DNA of 64,000 bases, taken from NCBI GenBank assembly GCA_965204725.1, contig OZ242005.1:192001-256000 (forward strand), read 5' to 3'. The notes under the pieces were generated by a model. That model worked only from the letters and a program-made list of their open reading frames with translations. It made no database searches and was not told where the DNA came from. The position numbers and the translations under genes are program-made. The DNA is from Candidatus Latescibacterota bacterium. Lineage in GTDB: Bacteria > Latescibacterota > UBA2968 > UBA8231. This document shows positions 44,342-53,851 of this stretch, piece after piece; within the stretch, counting starts at the first letter, position 1; the number at the start of each line of letters is the position of its first letter.

Positions 44342-46180
44342 ATGAGAGCGTCCGTTTTTGCGGTCTGGGCCGCTATTGTCCTGTGGCCGTGCGACCACTG
44401 GGGCTTGACCCTGTACCGGATTGGCGGTCCGCCGCCCGTACCGCTAAAGGGCGTGGACATCGTCCATATAGCTTGGGAAGAAGCCTTGGCGGGTTTTGAC
44501 GGGCGGGCCGAGGGCCTGCTGTTTGAGGGCGGCGCGGCAACCCCCATTCTGGTCGCGGCGGACGATAATTTGGCACGTACCGCCAAAGGCCGCGGCGGCG
44601 GTCCCAAGAGTGCCCGCTTTGGCGTGGGCGGCTTTCTCGAAACGGAGAACGAAGCAAGCGCGACCATCGCCGACGGCGATTCAACGACCGTGTTCAAGAA
44701 TACCGATTCGGAGCACGTCGGTGCGCGTGTCGTCCTCATTCTCGACTTGGGCGGGCGTTTTCCGCTCCACCGCGTGCGGTTCTACCCCTCGCCTCAATTT
44801 CCCCGGCGCTTTATCGAACAATTCATCCTCACGGCCTACGACGACGGCCGCGACGAGGTCATCGCGTCAACAACCGACAATCGCTCCAGCATCGTCGATC
44901 TCCTCTTTCCGCCCCAAGCCGCCGACCGGTTGGTGCTGAGCATGGCTTTCCGCCAACGCGATTGGGAAGTCGCCGAGTTTGAAGCATACGGAGAGGGCTA
45001 CGTCTTGGAGGCTTTCTACCAAACTCAGGTCTTCGACTTGGGCGGCCCGGCCACGGTGGGCGACCTGCGCTGGTCTGGCTTTAAGGAGCGGGACGCGCGC
45101 GTCAAAATCCGTACGCGCAATGGCACCGCAGCAGACCCCAATCGCTACTGGCGCTTTACGGGCCGCGGCGACGAGCAAACCTTTCGCGACGAGGCTGGCC
45201 AGCCCCTCACGCGCACGGCCTACGCCAACCTCAAGGGCAATAAAGCCGGCATTACCACGGACTTGGACCATTGGACTCCTTGGTCCGGGACCTACGATTT
45301 TGCCGACAGCACGGGTACGCCAATTATCGCGCCGACCGCCCGGCAGTACCTGCAATTCCAAGCCCTGCTCTTGCCAAAGGGCCGGCAAGGAGCCGGGCTC
45401 CACTTCGTCGAGTTCACCGCCTCGCATCCCCCTATAACCGACCAAGTGGTCGCCGAGATCTGGCCGGTGGAAGCCGAGCCGGGCCAAGTGACGCCGTTTA
45501 TCTATGCCTTCAAATCGATCCTATCGCCGGACAACAGCGGTTTTGACCAGTTAGTGCTACAGACCTCGGGCCGATTTGTCGGCATTGATTCCGTCCGCGT
45601 CAACGGGGATGGGGTGGCTTGGGCCGCCGACCTAGCACCCCAGCACTTGGTGCTGTCGCTGCCGCGCATGGACGCCACCGACAGTCAGAAGTTGGTCGAG
45701 CTATTCTTCCGCGCCCAAGTCTTTCACTTTGGCACGGCCTTTGCGGGGCGGGTGTTCGACTCCCAACGCCCCCTTGAAGTGGGCCAGCAGGTACAGGGCG
45801 GCGACGCCACTTTCGCGCTAGACAGCAACCAAGTGTGGGCTAGTATATACCTGCGCGGCCGCCTCGTGCGCGAGGTGCGGGCGCAGCCCCCCGTGGTCAC
45901 GCCCAACGGGGATGGGATCAACGACGCGGCCGGCGTCGAGTACTCGCTGCTGGAATTGGTGGAAACCGGTCGAGTGGCGGTGGACGTATTCGACCTCGCC
46001 GGCCGTCTAGTCCGGCCGCTCTATCGGGGCCAGCAGCGCAGCGGGCGTCATCGACACTGGTGGGACGGTCGCCGCGCCGACGGCAGCCCTGTGGCCCCGG
46101 GGACGTATCTGTATCAGGTGCGGGTGGATACAGACGAGGAGCGGGAAGAACACACCGGCGCGATCGGGGTGGCGTATTGA
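44342..46180 (+). CDS. Secreted protein with C-terminal FlgD-Ig/T9SS type B-like domain; close paralog of 36685-38547
   Basis: WGLTLYRIGG; DPNRYWRFTGRGDE; TPNGDGIND...IGVAY. Confidence 0.8.
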   Translation: MRASVFAVWAAIVLWPCDHWGLTLYRIGGPPPVPLKGVDIVHIAWEEALAGFDGRAEGLLFEGGAATPILVAADDNLARTAKGRGGGPKSARFGVGGFLETENEASATIADGDSTTVFKNTDSEHVGARVVLILDLGGRFPLHRVRFYPSPQFPRRFIEQFILTAYDDGRDEVIASTTDNRSSIVDLLFPPQAADRLVLSMAFRQRDWEVAEFEAYGEGYVLEAFYQTQVFDLGGPATVGDLRWSGFKERDARVKIRTRNGTAADPNRYWRFTGRGDEQTFRDEAGQPLTRTAYANLKGNKAGITTDLDHWTPWSGTYDFADSTGTPIIAPTARQYLQFQALLLPKGRQGAGLHFVEFTASHPPITDQVVAEIWPVEAEPGQVTPFIYAFKSILSPDNSGFDQLVLQTSGRFVGIDSVRVNGDGVAWAADLAPQHLVLSLPRMDATDSQKLVELFFRAQVFHFGTAFAGRVFDSQRPLEVGQQVQGGDATFALDSNQVWASIYLRGRLVREVRAQPPVVTPNGDGINDAAGVEYSLLELVETGRVAVDVFDLAGRLVRPLYRGQQRSGRHRHWWDGRRADGSPVAPGTYLYQVRVDTDEEREEHTGAIGVAY

Positions 46181-46209
46181 CGGGCGGGTCGCTTGGCACT
46201 CACCAGCAC

Positions 46210-48243
46210 TCACCATATCAATACGAAGTTGCCCTGCTTCCCGGTGAAAAAATCAATCACCAGCCAAGTACCGGCCACGACGAAGGCCCCCAAAATCATG
46301 CCGACGAAAAAATACCGCGTCTGACGGTACAAAACGCCCCCGCCGTACTTGAGCACCACGCCTTTTATGGCCCAAGCCAGAAAGACGTTGAACCACATCA
46401 CCCCCGAGGTGAAGACCGTGCCGGTCATGGCCAAACCCAGCGGATGAATGGGCCACCAAAGGACCCGCTGATGCACCCCAATTAGCAGCCACATCAGCCC
46501 AGCACCCAAGCCCGTAAACAGCCAACCGCCTAGGTCGGTCGTCGAGGGACTGCGCATCATCATCGAGATATAGGAGAGGGGAACCGAGGAAGAGGTGAGC
46601 CAGAACCAGCTGTTGAGATTGATGCCGCCGTGCCGATAGGACAGGTATAGCACAATCCAGAACGCTCCCCCCAAAGTGACCACCAAGGCCAGCACCATAC
46701 CCCAGAAAAAGGCTCGTTTTCTCCCCCGCACCACCTCGTGGATCATCTTCAGGCTATTGGCGCAGGCCGCCATGGGGAAGGTGACAATATCCGCAGTCCA
46801 CGGATAGGTGTAGGCCAAGCCGGTCAAGCCCTTCGGCCCGAGGAAGGAGGAGCCCATGCTGGCCATGACAAAATCGGGCGCGATGAGCGGCGCCCGCACC
46901 AGCGCCACCCCGGCCTCGACGACAATGCGCGACAAGGCAATGAAAATCAGCATCGCCACCGCGACTAAGAGCAATACCGCGGCTAAGGGGATACCCGTGG
47001 CTTCGAGCCACACGACCATGATGACTAACCCTACCAGCACCGTCCACAGAGCCGCCCGGTACGACATGATCTCGTCGTCATCGCCGCCACCGCGACTCCA
47101 AGTTCGGCGCACCACGGCCAGCAAGTGAAAGCGCGCCTTCCACAGCGTATATAGAGCGAATACCAGCATGGCCCCCAACGCCTGATGAGTCAGATAGGGG
47201 GAACTCGGATTGCTAAACCAGCCCAGCTTTTCCGTGCTGTGGACGCCGAGAATGTTGAAACAGCCCTGCTCCACTAGAGCCAGCAAATAGAAAAACCAGA
47301 TCCCCAAGGCTAGGTTGCGGTTGATGAAATAGGAAAAACCCACTAGCGAAAAGGAAAACTCAAAGGGCAGATGGATGGAATCGCGGAACAAGTACATACT
47401 GGAGCGAAAGTACAGCGCCGGCCATTGCGGATAGTAATTGTGCAGGGCATTGCAGCAGCCCACGAGGACGGGCAGGGCAAAGCCGATCCACATCTGCGGC
47501 TGGCGGAAGACCGCGCTGACCAAGGCCGTCCCCTCGCGTCCGTTGATCATCTCAATGGGGACCTGCATCATCGGATAGAGCAGGCGTTCCCCTTCCATCC
47601 ACGGCCGGCGCAAAAGCACCATCAGGCCGATTGATACTAGATAGAGGGCGATGAGGAAAACAGACCAATAGCCCAAGGCCTCCAACCAGCCGGCCCAAGG
47701 CACGGGCGTCCCTTGGGGCAGGCCCTCGTAGAAACCTTGGATCAACTGCTCATCGCTGGGGGCGACCCAAGCGGGCACATAGGGCTGGATCAACTCATCC
47801 CAATTGTTTTCCGGGGTGGCGTAATAGAAAACCCCCGTGATCATGGGCAGCAAGTGCTCGACCAGACCAAAGGTGGGAATCGAGGCCGACACCATCATCA
47901 TGGCGTAGATCAGCACCAATTCTTCCGGCCTGAGTGCCAAATTGCGGGCCAAGGTTCCCACCAAGATGTTGCCCAACACTAGATAGAAGAACAGAAAGAG
48001 AGCGACGGGATTGCTGAAGCACCAAGCCATGAAGGTGCCTTGGATGATGGCGTTGGCGTAGATGGTGCCGACGCCAATGAGCAGGCACAACAGGGCACCC
48101 AACACAAAGGCCCGGGCGGAAAGGGGCTGGCTCGTCCCGGCCGGAGTCGCCTCGGAGTGGGCTTGGCTGATAAAGGTCGCGGCCATTCGCTCCCACCTCG
48201 CCCGTCGAGCACCCGACTCGCTATGGGGTTCTACAGGCGTCAC
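46210..48243 (-). CDS. Polytopic membrane protein, DUF6785/DUF6784-like (putative transporter, distantly OPT-like)
   Basis: Many TM helices; YYATPEN.W, RRPW..GERLLYP, RIVVEAG, WWPIHPLG, VLKYGG. Confidence 0.7.
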   Translation of the reverse strand: MTPVEPHSESGARRARWERMAATFISQAHSEATPAGTSQPLSARAFVLGALLCLLIGVGTIYANAIIQGTFMAWCFSNPVALFLFFYLVLGNILVGTLARNLALRPEELVLIYAMMMVSASIPTFGLVEHLLPMITGVFYYATPENNWDELIQPYVPAWVAPSDEQLIQGFYEGLPQGTPVPWAGWLEALGYWSVFLIALYLVSIGLMVLLRRPWMEGERLLYPMMQVPIEMINGREGTALVSAVFRQPQMWIGFALPVLVGCCNALHNYYPQWPALYFRSSMYLFRDSIHLPFEFSFSLVGFSYFINRNLALGIWFFYLLALVEQGCFNILGVHSTEKLGWFSNPSSPYLTHQALGAMLVFALYTLWKARFHLLAVVRRTWSRGGGDDDEIMSYRAALWTVLVGLVIMVVWLEATGIPLAAVLLLVAVAMLIFIALSRIVVEAGVALVRAPLIAPDFVMASMGSSFLGPKGLTGLAYTYPWTADIVTFPMAACANSLKMIHEVVRGRKRAFFWGMVLALVVTLGGAFWIVLYLSYRHGGINLNSWFWLTSSSVPLSYISMMMRSPSTTDLGGWLFTGLGAGLMWLLIGVHQRVLWWPIHPLGLAMTGTVFTSGVMWFNVFLAWAIKGVVLKYGGGVLYRQTRYFFVGMILGAFVVAGTWLVIDFFTGKQGNFVLIW

Positions 48244-48392
48244 AAATTCTGAACCTCTGAACCCGTGCTAGCAGAAAGCTCGGTGCGCTTCCACCAGCTT
48301 GGTCGCATAGAACTTCGCGGCTACGGCGGCTTCAAACCGAGCGATTGTCGCCGCCTATTTGCCACATCCCGCGAGCGTGTCGCACGAATGAT

Positions 48393-48854
48393 TTAGATCA
48401 ACTCGGCGTCGCAGCGGGGACAGCGTTCCCACTCGGGGGATTCCACCGGCTTATCGCAATCCAGGCACACGCCGAGGGGATGCTCGTCCGCCCGGCAGCG
48501 ACGACCGTCTTTGTAGGTAATGCGACGCCAGACCGTTTCGCCATCAATGGCGTAAAAAGTCCACGTGCCTGTTTTGCGCCCATCCGTGCTCTTGCCGCGG
48601 TATTCGTTGAATTGCCCGGTCTGCTTGCGTTTGCCGTTTTCATAATAAGCTACGTGGTCGCCGGTCAGCCGATTTTCTCGGTAGTTATTGATGCTGGCGG
48701 GCTGGCCGTTTCTGTGGTACTCCATCCATTGGCCCGTCTTTTTGCCCAAGTCAAACGCCCCTTCGCGCCGCTTGCCGCCATCGGCGTAGTACAGCACCCA
48801 AGGGCCGTGTTTTTTGCCGTTTTTGTACTCGACGTCTTCGAGATGGCTGGCCAT
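48393..48854 (-). CDS. MORN-variant repeat (YwqK-like) protein with C-terminal zinc ribbon
   Basis: GKKHGPWVLYY, YYENG repeats; CLDC...CPRC. Confidence 0.8.
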   Translation of the reverse strand: MASHLEDVEYKNGKKHGPWVLYYADGGKRREGAFDLGKKTGQWMEYHRNGQPASINNYRENRLTGDHVAYYENGKRKQTGQFNEYRGKSTDGRKTGTWTFYAIDGETVWRRITYKDGRRCRADEHPLGVCLDCDKPVESPEWERCPRCDAELI

Positions 48855-48894
48855 GATTTCCTCCGCGTTAATAGGCCCCTGTGGGGCGAGCCGC

Positions 48895-49791
48895 TCAAAG
48901 GGGATTTATCAGCCCGATGGCATCCAAAACGGCCCCGATTTTCTCGACCTCTTCGTCCGTGGCCGTAACCATGGGCGGGCGCAACCAGCGCGAAGCAATG
49001 TCGTTGAGTTCGAGGGCGGTGCGCCACACCGCTTGGCCGCCGCCGAGCACATCGGTGGCTACTCCCCAAAAGGGGTCCTCCACTTGGGTGATGATGGTCT
49101 GGGCCGCTTTGGCGTCGCCGTCTTGGAAGGCCCGCCAGTAGCTTTGCGCTATGGGGGGAGCAAACGAAGATGGATAGCAAAAGAAGGCGCGGACGCCGCA
49201 GGGCCATTGTGCGAAATTGCGCCATAGGCCCCCGCCGGTCATAAACTTCCACCGGTCGCCATAGCGGTGCATAGTCGCCTTGGCGTATTCGAGTGTGCCG
49301 TCTTCTTTGAAGGTGCAGATGTTGGGTGCGTCGAGGAGCGCGTCGAGGATTGCATAGGGAGGACACCCCACCAACATCAGGGGCATTACTTGGGCTACTT
49401 TGCGGTATTGGATGACCTTGCCTTGCGGTTGGGCTTGCTCCGGTGGCAGCACCATCAGCACGTCGGCACCCCAACTGCGGCAGTACTCGGCGAATTGGAC
49501 CGCTCGGTCGTCTGGCCAGCGCCGAGTCGCCGCCACCGTCAACGCCCGCCCGGCGACCCGGTCGACCAAAAAGCGGGTGAGCTGGGCGACCTCTTCGTCG
49601 CTGAGGAACTCGAACTGGCTGTCCCCATAGGTCAGCAAGCTGACCCTGCTGCCGCTGGCGATGCCGACGTCAATTACGTGGCCGATGCCCTCCCAGTCTA
49701 GCTGGCCGTTGGGCAAAAAGGTGGTGGGAATGGAGTTGACCGGACCCTCGAGCAAATTTTTGATCTCGTCCGGCGTCTTGTCTGATGGCAT
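48895..49791 (-). CDS. Dihydrodipicolinate synthase/N-acetylneuraminate lyase family protein (divergent)
   Basis: IPTTF..GQLD, LSDEE, GADVLMVLPP, FKED, LRPPM; RBS AAGGAG. Confidence 0.82.
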   Translation of the reverse strand: MPSDKTPDEIKNLLEGPVNSIPTTFLPNGQLDWEGIGHVIDVGIASGSRVSLLTYGDSQFEFLSDEEVAQLTRFLVDRVAGRALTVAATRRWPDDRAVQFAEYCRSWGADVLMVLPPEQAQPQGKVIQYRKVAQVMPLMLVGCPPYAILDALLDAPNICTFKEDGTLEYAKATMHRYGDRWKFMTGGGLWRNFAQWPCGVRAFFCYPSSFAPPIAQSYWRAFQDGDAKAAQTIITQVEDPFWGVATDVLGGGQAVWRTALELNDIASRWLRPPMVTATDEEVEKIGAVLDAIGLINPL

Positions 49792-49948
49792 GGCGCACTC
49801 CTTTCGCGAATAAAGGTAGCGGAAAAACCCTGTATCCTCCAGCCTAAGACCTCCAAGCCGACATTGCTCAAAGCACCGCGAAATACCAGATTATGCAGTG
49901 CCTTGGGCCGCTCGCCCAATACCACCCAACCGCTGCTGTCAAGTAAAC

Positions 49949-51265
49949 ATGAACGTCCATTCGCTCGAAATACAACCCTTGCAAGAGCCGCTCGATGTCG
50001 TGGTCTCCGTACCCGGCTCTAAAAGCTACACCAACCGGGCATTGCTGGTTGCGGCATTAGCCAACGGGGAATCGCACCTTACGGGTGCGCTCTTTAGCGA
50101 CGATACCGACTACATGGTCCAGGCGTTGCGCAAACTCGGCGTCTCTATAGAGGCCGATCCAAAAGCGGCCCGCTTTGCGGTCACCGGCAACGGCGGACGG
50201 ATTCCCGTCAATGGGGCCGAGCTGTACATTGGCAATTCAGGCACTACTTCGCGGTCGATCACGAGCTATGTCGCGCTCGGCAATGGGACCTTTGTCATCA
50301 ATGGCGACGCGCCCATGCGCCAGAGCCGCCCGATTGCCGACCTACTCGACGCGCTCAGCCAACTCGGGATCGACGCACGTGCGCACCTTGCCAACGGATG
50401 CCTGCCAGTAGAGGTGCGGGCCAAGGGATTCAGAGGCGGAAAAACCCAACTCGACGCCAGCAAGAGCAGCCAGTTCCTCACCTCGCTGCTGCTCGTCGCC
50501 CCCTATGCCGACAACGGCTTGGAAATCGAGATGGTCGGCGAGTTTAAGACCGAATACATCGACATCACTATGGCGGTCATGCAGTCCTTTGGGATCGAGG
50601 TCGAACACGACGATTACCGACGTTTTCGCATCGCCGGCCGTCAATGCTATACGCCTCGCGCCTACGCCATTGAGCCGGACGCTTCCAACGCCTCGTACTT
50701 CTTTGCGGCCGCTGCGCTCAGCGGCGGCCGAGTGCGCGTAGCCGACATTGCCGCCGACTCAGCCCAAGGCGATATCCACTTCGTCGATGTACTAGAGAAC
50801 ATGGGCTGCACGGTCAACCGCTGCGCCCACGGCGTCGAGGTGATCGGGCCGGACCAACTCGGGGGAATAGACGTCGATATGAAGGCTATATCGGATACCT
50901 CGCTTACGCTAGCCGCGATCGCGCCGTTTGCCAAGGCTCCGGTGCGCATCCGCAACATCGAGCACACGCGCTGGCAGGAGACCGACCGGATTGCCGCCAT
51001 GGTCGCCCAGTTGCGTCGGCTCGGCGTGGCGGTAGAAGAGCACAGAGATGGGGTTACTATTGCGCCATCTAAGCCTAAAAGCACCGCCATCGATACCTAT
51101 AAGGATCACCGAGTGGCTATGAGTTTTGCCCTAGTCGGATTGCGAGTGCCCGGAATCCGCATCAATGACCCAGGCTGCGTAGGCAAAACCTTTCCGACCT
51201 ACTTCGATGTATGGGATCAGATAAGAGAAAGAGGAACGGTCAAAACGCAGAAGCCCTACCGGTAA
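49949..51265 (+). CDS. aroA: 3-phosphoshikimate 1-carboxyvinyltransferase (EPSP synthase)
   Basis: PGSKSYTNRAL, GNSGTTSR, SSQFLT, EPDASNASYF, ETDRI, DHRVAMSF, CVGKTFP. Confidence 0.97.
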   Translation: MNVHSLEIQPLQEPLDVVVSVPGSKSYTNRALLVAALANGESHLTGALFSDDTDYMVQALRKLGVSIEADPKAARFAVTGNGGRIPVNGAELYIGNSGTTSRSITSYVALGNGTFVINGDAPMRQSRPIADLLDALSQLGIDARAHLANGCLPVEVRAKGFRGGKTQLDASKSSQFLTSLLLVAPYADNGLEIEMVGEFKTEYIDITMAVMQSFGIEVEHDDYRRFRIAGRQCYTPRAYAIEPDASNASYFFAAAALSGGRVRVADIAADSAQGDIHFVDVLENMGCTVNRCAHGVEVIGPDQLGGIDVDMKAISDTSLTLAAIAPFAKAPVRIRNIEHTRWQETDRIAAMVAQLRRLGVAVEEHRDGVTIAPSKPKSTAIDTYKDHRVAMSFALVGLRVPGIRINDPGCVGKTFPTYFDVWDQIRERGTVKTQKPYR

Positions 51266-51296
51266 GTAGTTTACCGATAGGGCTTCTGATCTTTTT
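51248..51296. terminator. Terminator-like hairpin between convergent genes
   Basis: CAGAAGCCCTACCGGTAA / TTACCGATAGGGCTTCTG followed by ATCTTTTT. Confidence 0.65.
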
Positions 51297-51314
51297 GCCG
51301 CTTAAAGAGGAGGG

Positions 51315-52676
51315 CTATTGGGTAAACTGGGTCACATTGGCGATGCCGCCCGGCTGGGTCAGGGCATAGACGATTAGGTTGACCCCGAACTGCAATCCGC
51401 GCTCTCGTGCATCGGCCAGCGGATCACCCCAATACCAGCTAATGTTCAGGTCGCTGAAAACCACTGCAACCCGACCGCGCAGTTCCAGCATCTCCAAGTC
51501 GAACACATTGCCACCGGGTGCGCCGCCCATTGGTGGGCCATCGGGAAAATCCCAGAAACTGTAGTACAGCGGGTGACTCTTGGGCACCTTCTGCCACTTA
51601 GAGCCATCGCTACCCAGCACCAGCGGATCTTTCATTAGAGCCTTGAATTGGCGGTCAAACGGCGTACCCGAAACCCCGGCTTCTTTGCCTTCAAGCTGGT
51701 TCTCAGCGTCGCTCTGGCGAATTTCCTCGGCATAGAGAAAACCACCGTTCTTGAGGTATTCACCTAGGTTGGTCTTCTCGGTATCGCTGATTTGCAAGAC
51801 GGCATCGTATCCCGTCACGTAAATCATCGGGGCGTCCATGATGCGCGGGTCCGAAAATTCCAAGGTCGTGCCCTCAATTCGGGCATTGATTTGGGTGTGG
51901 TCGCGCATATAGCGCATCAACTCCTCTACCGCAGTTGGGAACCGATCTCTGTTCTTGTCTGCAATATCGTAGTCGATGACCGTCATGTTAAAGAAGCCGC
52001 GAATGTTGCGTTTGTTGTCTGGGTCCTGAATCAAGATCGCTTGGTAGCGGCCAATGTCCAAGTCGCCGACATTGAGCAATTCGTGCCGCAGACTCAGGGC
52101 CTCTTGCACCGGTGCCGACGTTTCAGCCAGTTCGATCATCGCGACCTCATCAAAGGCCAACTCTTCGGCCTTGGCGCCTGAGAAGGCCCCTAAGACCTGC
52201 GTACCAGGCAAAACCGAACTCAAGAGGTCGCTACCTACCGCGCTAACATCGGCTATGGCCGATATATCCTGCGACAAATCCGGCGGCGCCATCGACTGTA
52301 GCATCTCCATCTGCACTTCGGATATCTCGGGACGCTTGGCTAAGTCGAAGTTCTTTTCGAGAATTGGCGGAGGAGCGCGGAAGATGATTAGCTGCTCCTT
52401 TTGCTCTGCTTCGCCAATGCCAAAGAGATAATCATAAACGAAGACGCCAGCGTGAATGGCTACCGAGAGCACAAAGGCCACGCTCATGCTTAGCCGGCGG
52501 CCAGTGGTTGCCGTATATAGGGCGTATAACAGCACCCCGGCACCCGCCAAACCAGCGGCGATCACCACCCACTTAGACAGGATGAAAAGTATGTGAATAA
52601 GAAGAGCCGCGCCGACCGCTAGATAGGCCGTTTTTTGGCGCTGGGACTGTACTGCTTTTTTATACTCGTCTACCAC
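51315..52676 (-). CDS. Membrane-anchored DUF4159 domain protein
   Basis: N-terminal TM helices incl. SVAIH (TonB-like SxxxH); NLGEYLKNGGFLYAE, HPLY, GVNLIVYALTQ. Confidence 0.8.
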   Translation of the reverse strand: MVDEYKKAVQSQRQKTAYLAVGAALLIHILFILSKWVVIAAGLAGAGVLLYALYTATTGRRLSMSVAFVLSVAIHAGVFVYDYLFGIGEAEQKEQLIIFRAPPPILEKNFDLAKRPEISEVQMEMLQSMAPPDLSQDISAIADVSAVGSDLLSSVLPGTQVLGAFSGAKAEELAFDEVAMIELAETSAPVQEALSLRHELLNVGDLDIGRYQAILIQDPDNKRNIRGFFNMTVIDYDIADKNRDRFPTAVEELMRYMRDHTQINARIEGTTLEFSDPRIMDAPMIYVTGYDAVLQISDTEKTNLGEYLKNGGFLYAEEIRQSDAENQLEGKEAGVSGTPFDRQFKALMKDPLVLGSDGSKWQKVPKSHPLYYSFWDFPDGPPMGGAPGGNVFDLEMLELRGRVAVVFSDLNISWYWGDPLADARERGLQFGVNLIVYALTQPGGIANVTQFTQ

Positions 52677-52713
52677 AGTTCTTCCCCCTCTTGGAAGGGC
52701 CTAGAAACCTCAT

Positions 52714-53121
52714 TCAGTTGCGCTGCGGTTCCGTGGCGATGACCTGATCAACAACGCCCACTTGGCGAGCAATATCCATGATCTGGACGATCTGCCCGTG
52801 CGTGGAACGCTCGTCTCCTTGGATGATAATCATCGTGGTGTTGTCCAGTAGCTGCCTCTTCGCCTGCAGTTCCTCTTTGAGGGTCGCAAAGGTCACCGAT
52901 TTGTGGTTCAGCTTCATGTTTCCGTCCTGATCCACGACGATAAAAAGGTTCTCCTTCTCCGGAGCCTGAGCCTCTTCGGCCTCGGGCAATTTAATATCCA
53001 AACCCGGAGTAATCGCGAACACAGCAGTCACCATGAAGAAGATGAGTAGCTGAAAGACCACGTCGATCATCGGCGTCAGGTCGGGCATGGTCAGTTCTTT
53101 TTTTTCTGCTCTCTGAGCCAT
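52714..53121 (-). CDS. exbD: Biopolymer transporter ExbD/TolR
   Basis: LTPMIDVVFQLLIFFMVT, IKLPEA, IQGD. Confidence 0.93.
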   Translation of the reverse strand: MAQRAEKKELTMPDLTPMIDVVFQLLIFFMVTAVFAITPGLDIKLPEAEEAQAPEKENLFIVVDQDGNMKLNHKSVTFATLKEELQAKRQLLDNTTMIIIQGDERSTHGQIVQIMDIARQVGVVDQVIATEPQRN

Positions 53122-53155
53122 CTATCTCATGCCTCCTTAAAAGGAAGAGCTGCCT

Positions 53156-53809
53156 TTAGGCAGCCTGAGTGCCTTGCCAGCGACGCAGCAGGGCGTCCAC
53201 AAAACCGTGGCCGTATGCTTCAAACTCAACGGCCTTGCCTGTGGCGCGGTTGCTAAAGTACGTGAAGATAGCAATTGAAGGCACGGCGATCACCAGACCG
53301 GTAACTGTGGTGATCAGTGCTTCGGAGATACCTGCGGCGACGATCGTCGGCTCACCGAGACCCTTTTCCGCAATACCTTCAAAAGCGTTGATCATACCGT
53401 TGACCGTACCCAGCAGGCCGAGCAACACCACGGATTTGGAGACGAAGTCGATAACGGCCAGATACCGTTCGAGATACCCCAAGGCGGCGCGTTCAACCGT
53501 GCCGTTCATTTCCTCGCGCATCTCCTCCATCGTGCGCTGCTCGCGCGACAAATGCTCAAAGCGCTCGAGCCCCTCGCCGTACACCTCGCCTTCCAGCTTG
53601 CCGACCTCGGTGCAGTACTCCTTGAGTTGGTCAATGGAAGCACCCGAGTCTATACGTGCGTTGACGTCGTTGGTGATTTCGGCCAACTCGTCCTCGGAGC
53701 GCAACCGTGCATAAGTCCAGATGCGCTCGAGAAAAAACGCAATGGAAAGCATAGACCAGAGCCCCAAAGGATACATGAAAGGTCCGCCTTCTCGAAAAAG
53801 TTCAATCAT
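53156..53809 (-). CDS. exbB: MotA/TolQ/ExbB proton channel
   Basis: GGPFMYPL, LLGLLGTVNGMINAF, GISEALITTVTGLVIAVP. Confidence 0.92.
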   Translation of the reverse strand: MIELFREGGPFMYPLGLWSMLSIAFFLERIWTYARLRSEDELAEITNDVNARIDSGASIDQLKEYCTEVGKLEGEVYGEGLERFEHLSREQRTMEEMREEMNGTVERAALGYLERYLAVIDFVSKSVVLLGLLGTVNGMINAFEGIAEKGLGEPTIVAAGISEALITTVTGLVIAVPSIAIFTYFSNRATGKAVEFEAYGHGFVDALLRRWQGTQAA

Positions 53810-53851
53810 TTTCTTTATTCCTCCTTAAGTTAGGACGCAAAGAAATCAACG

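Noticed and set aside
48393-48854. Toxin-antitoxin system
   Set aside because: No adjacent toxin gene; the YwqK label reflects only the repeat type.
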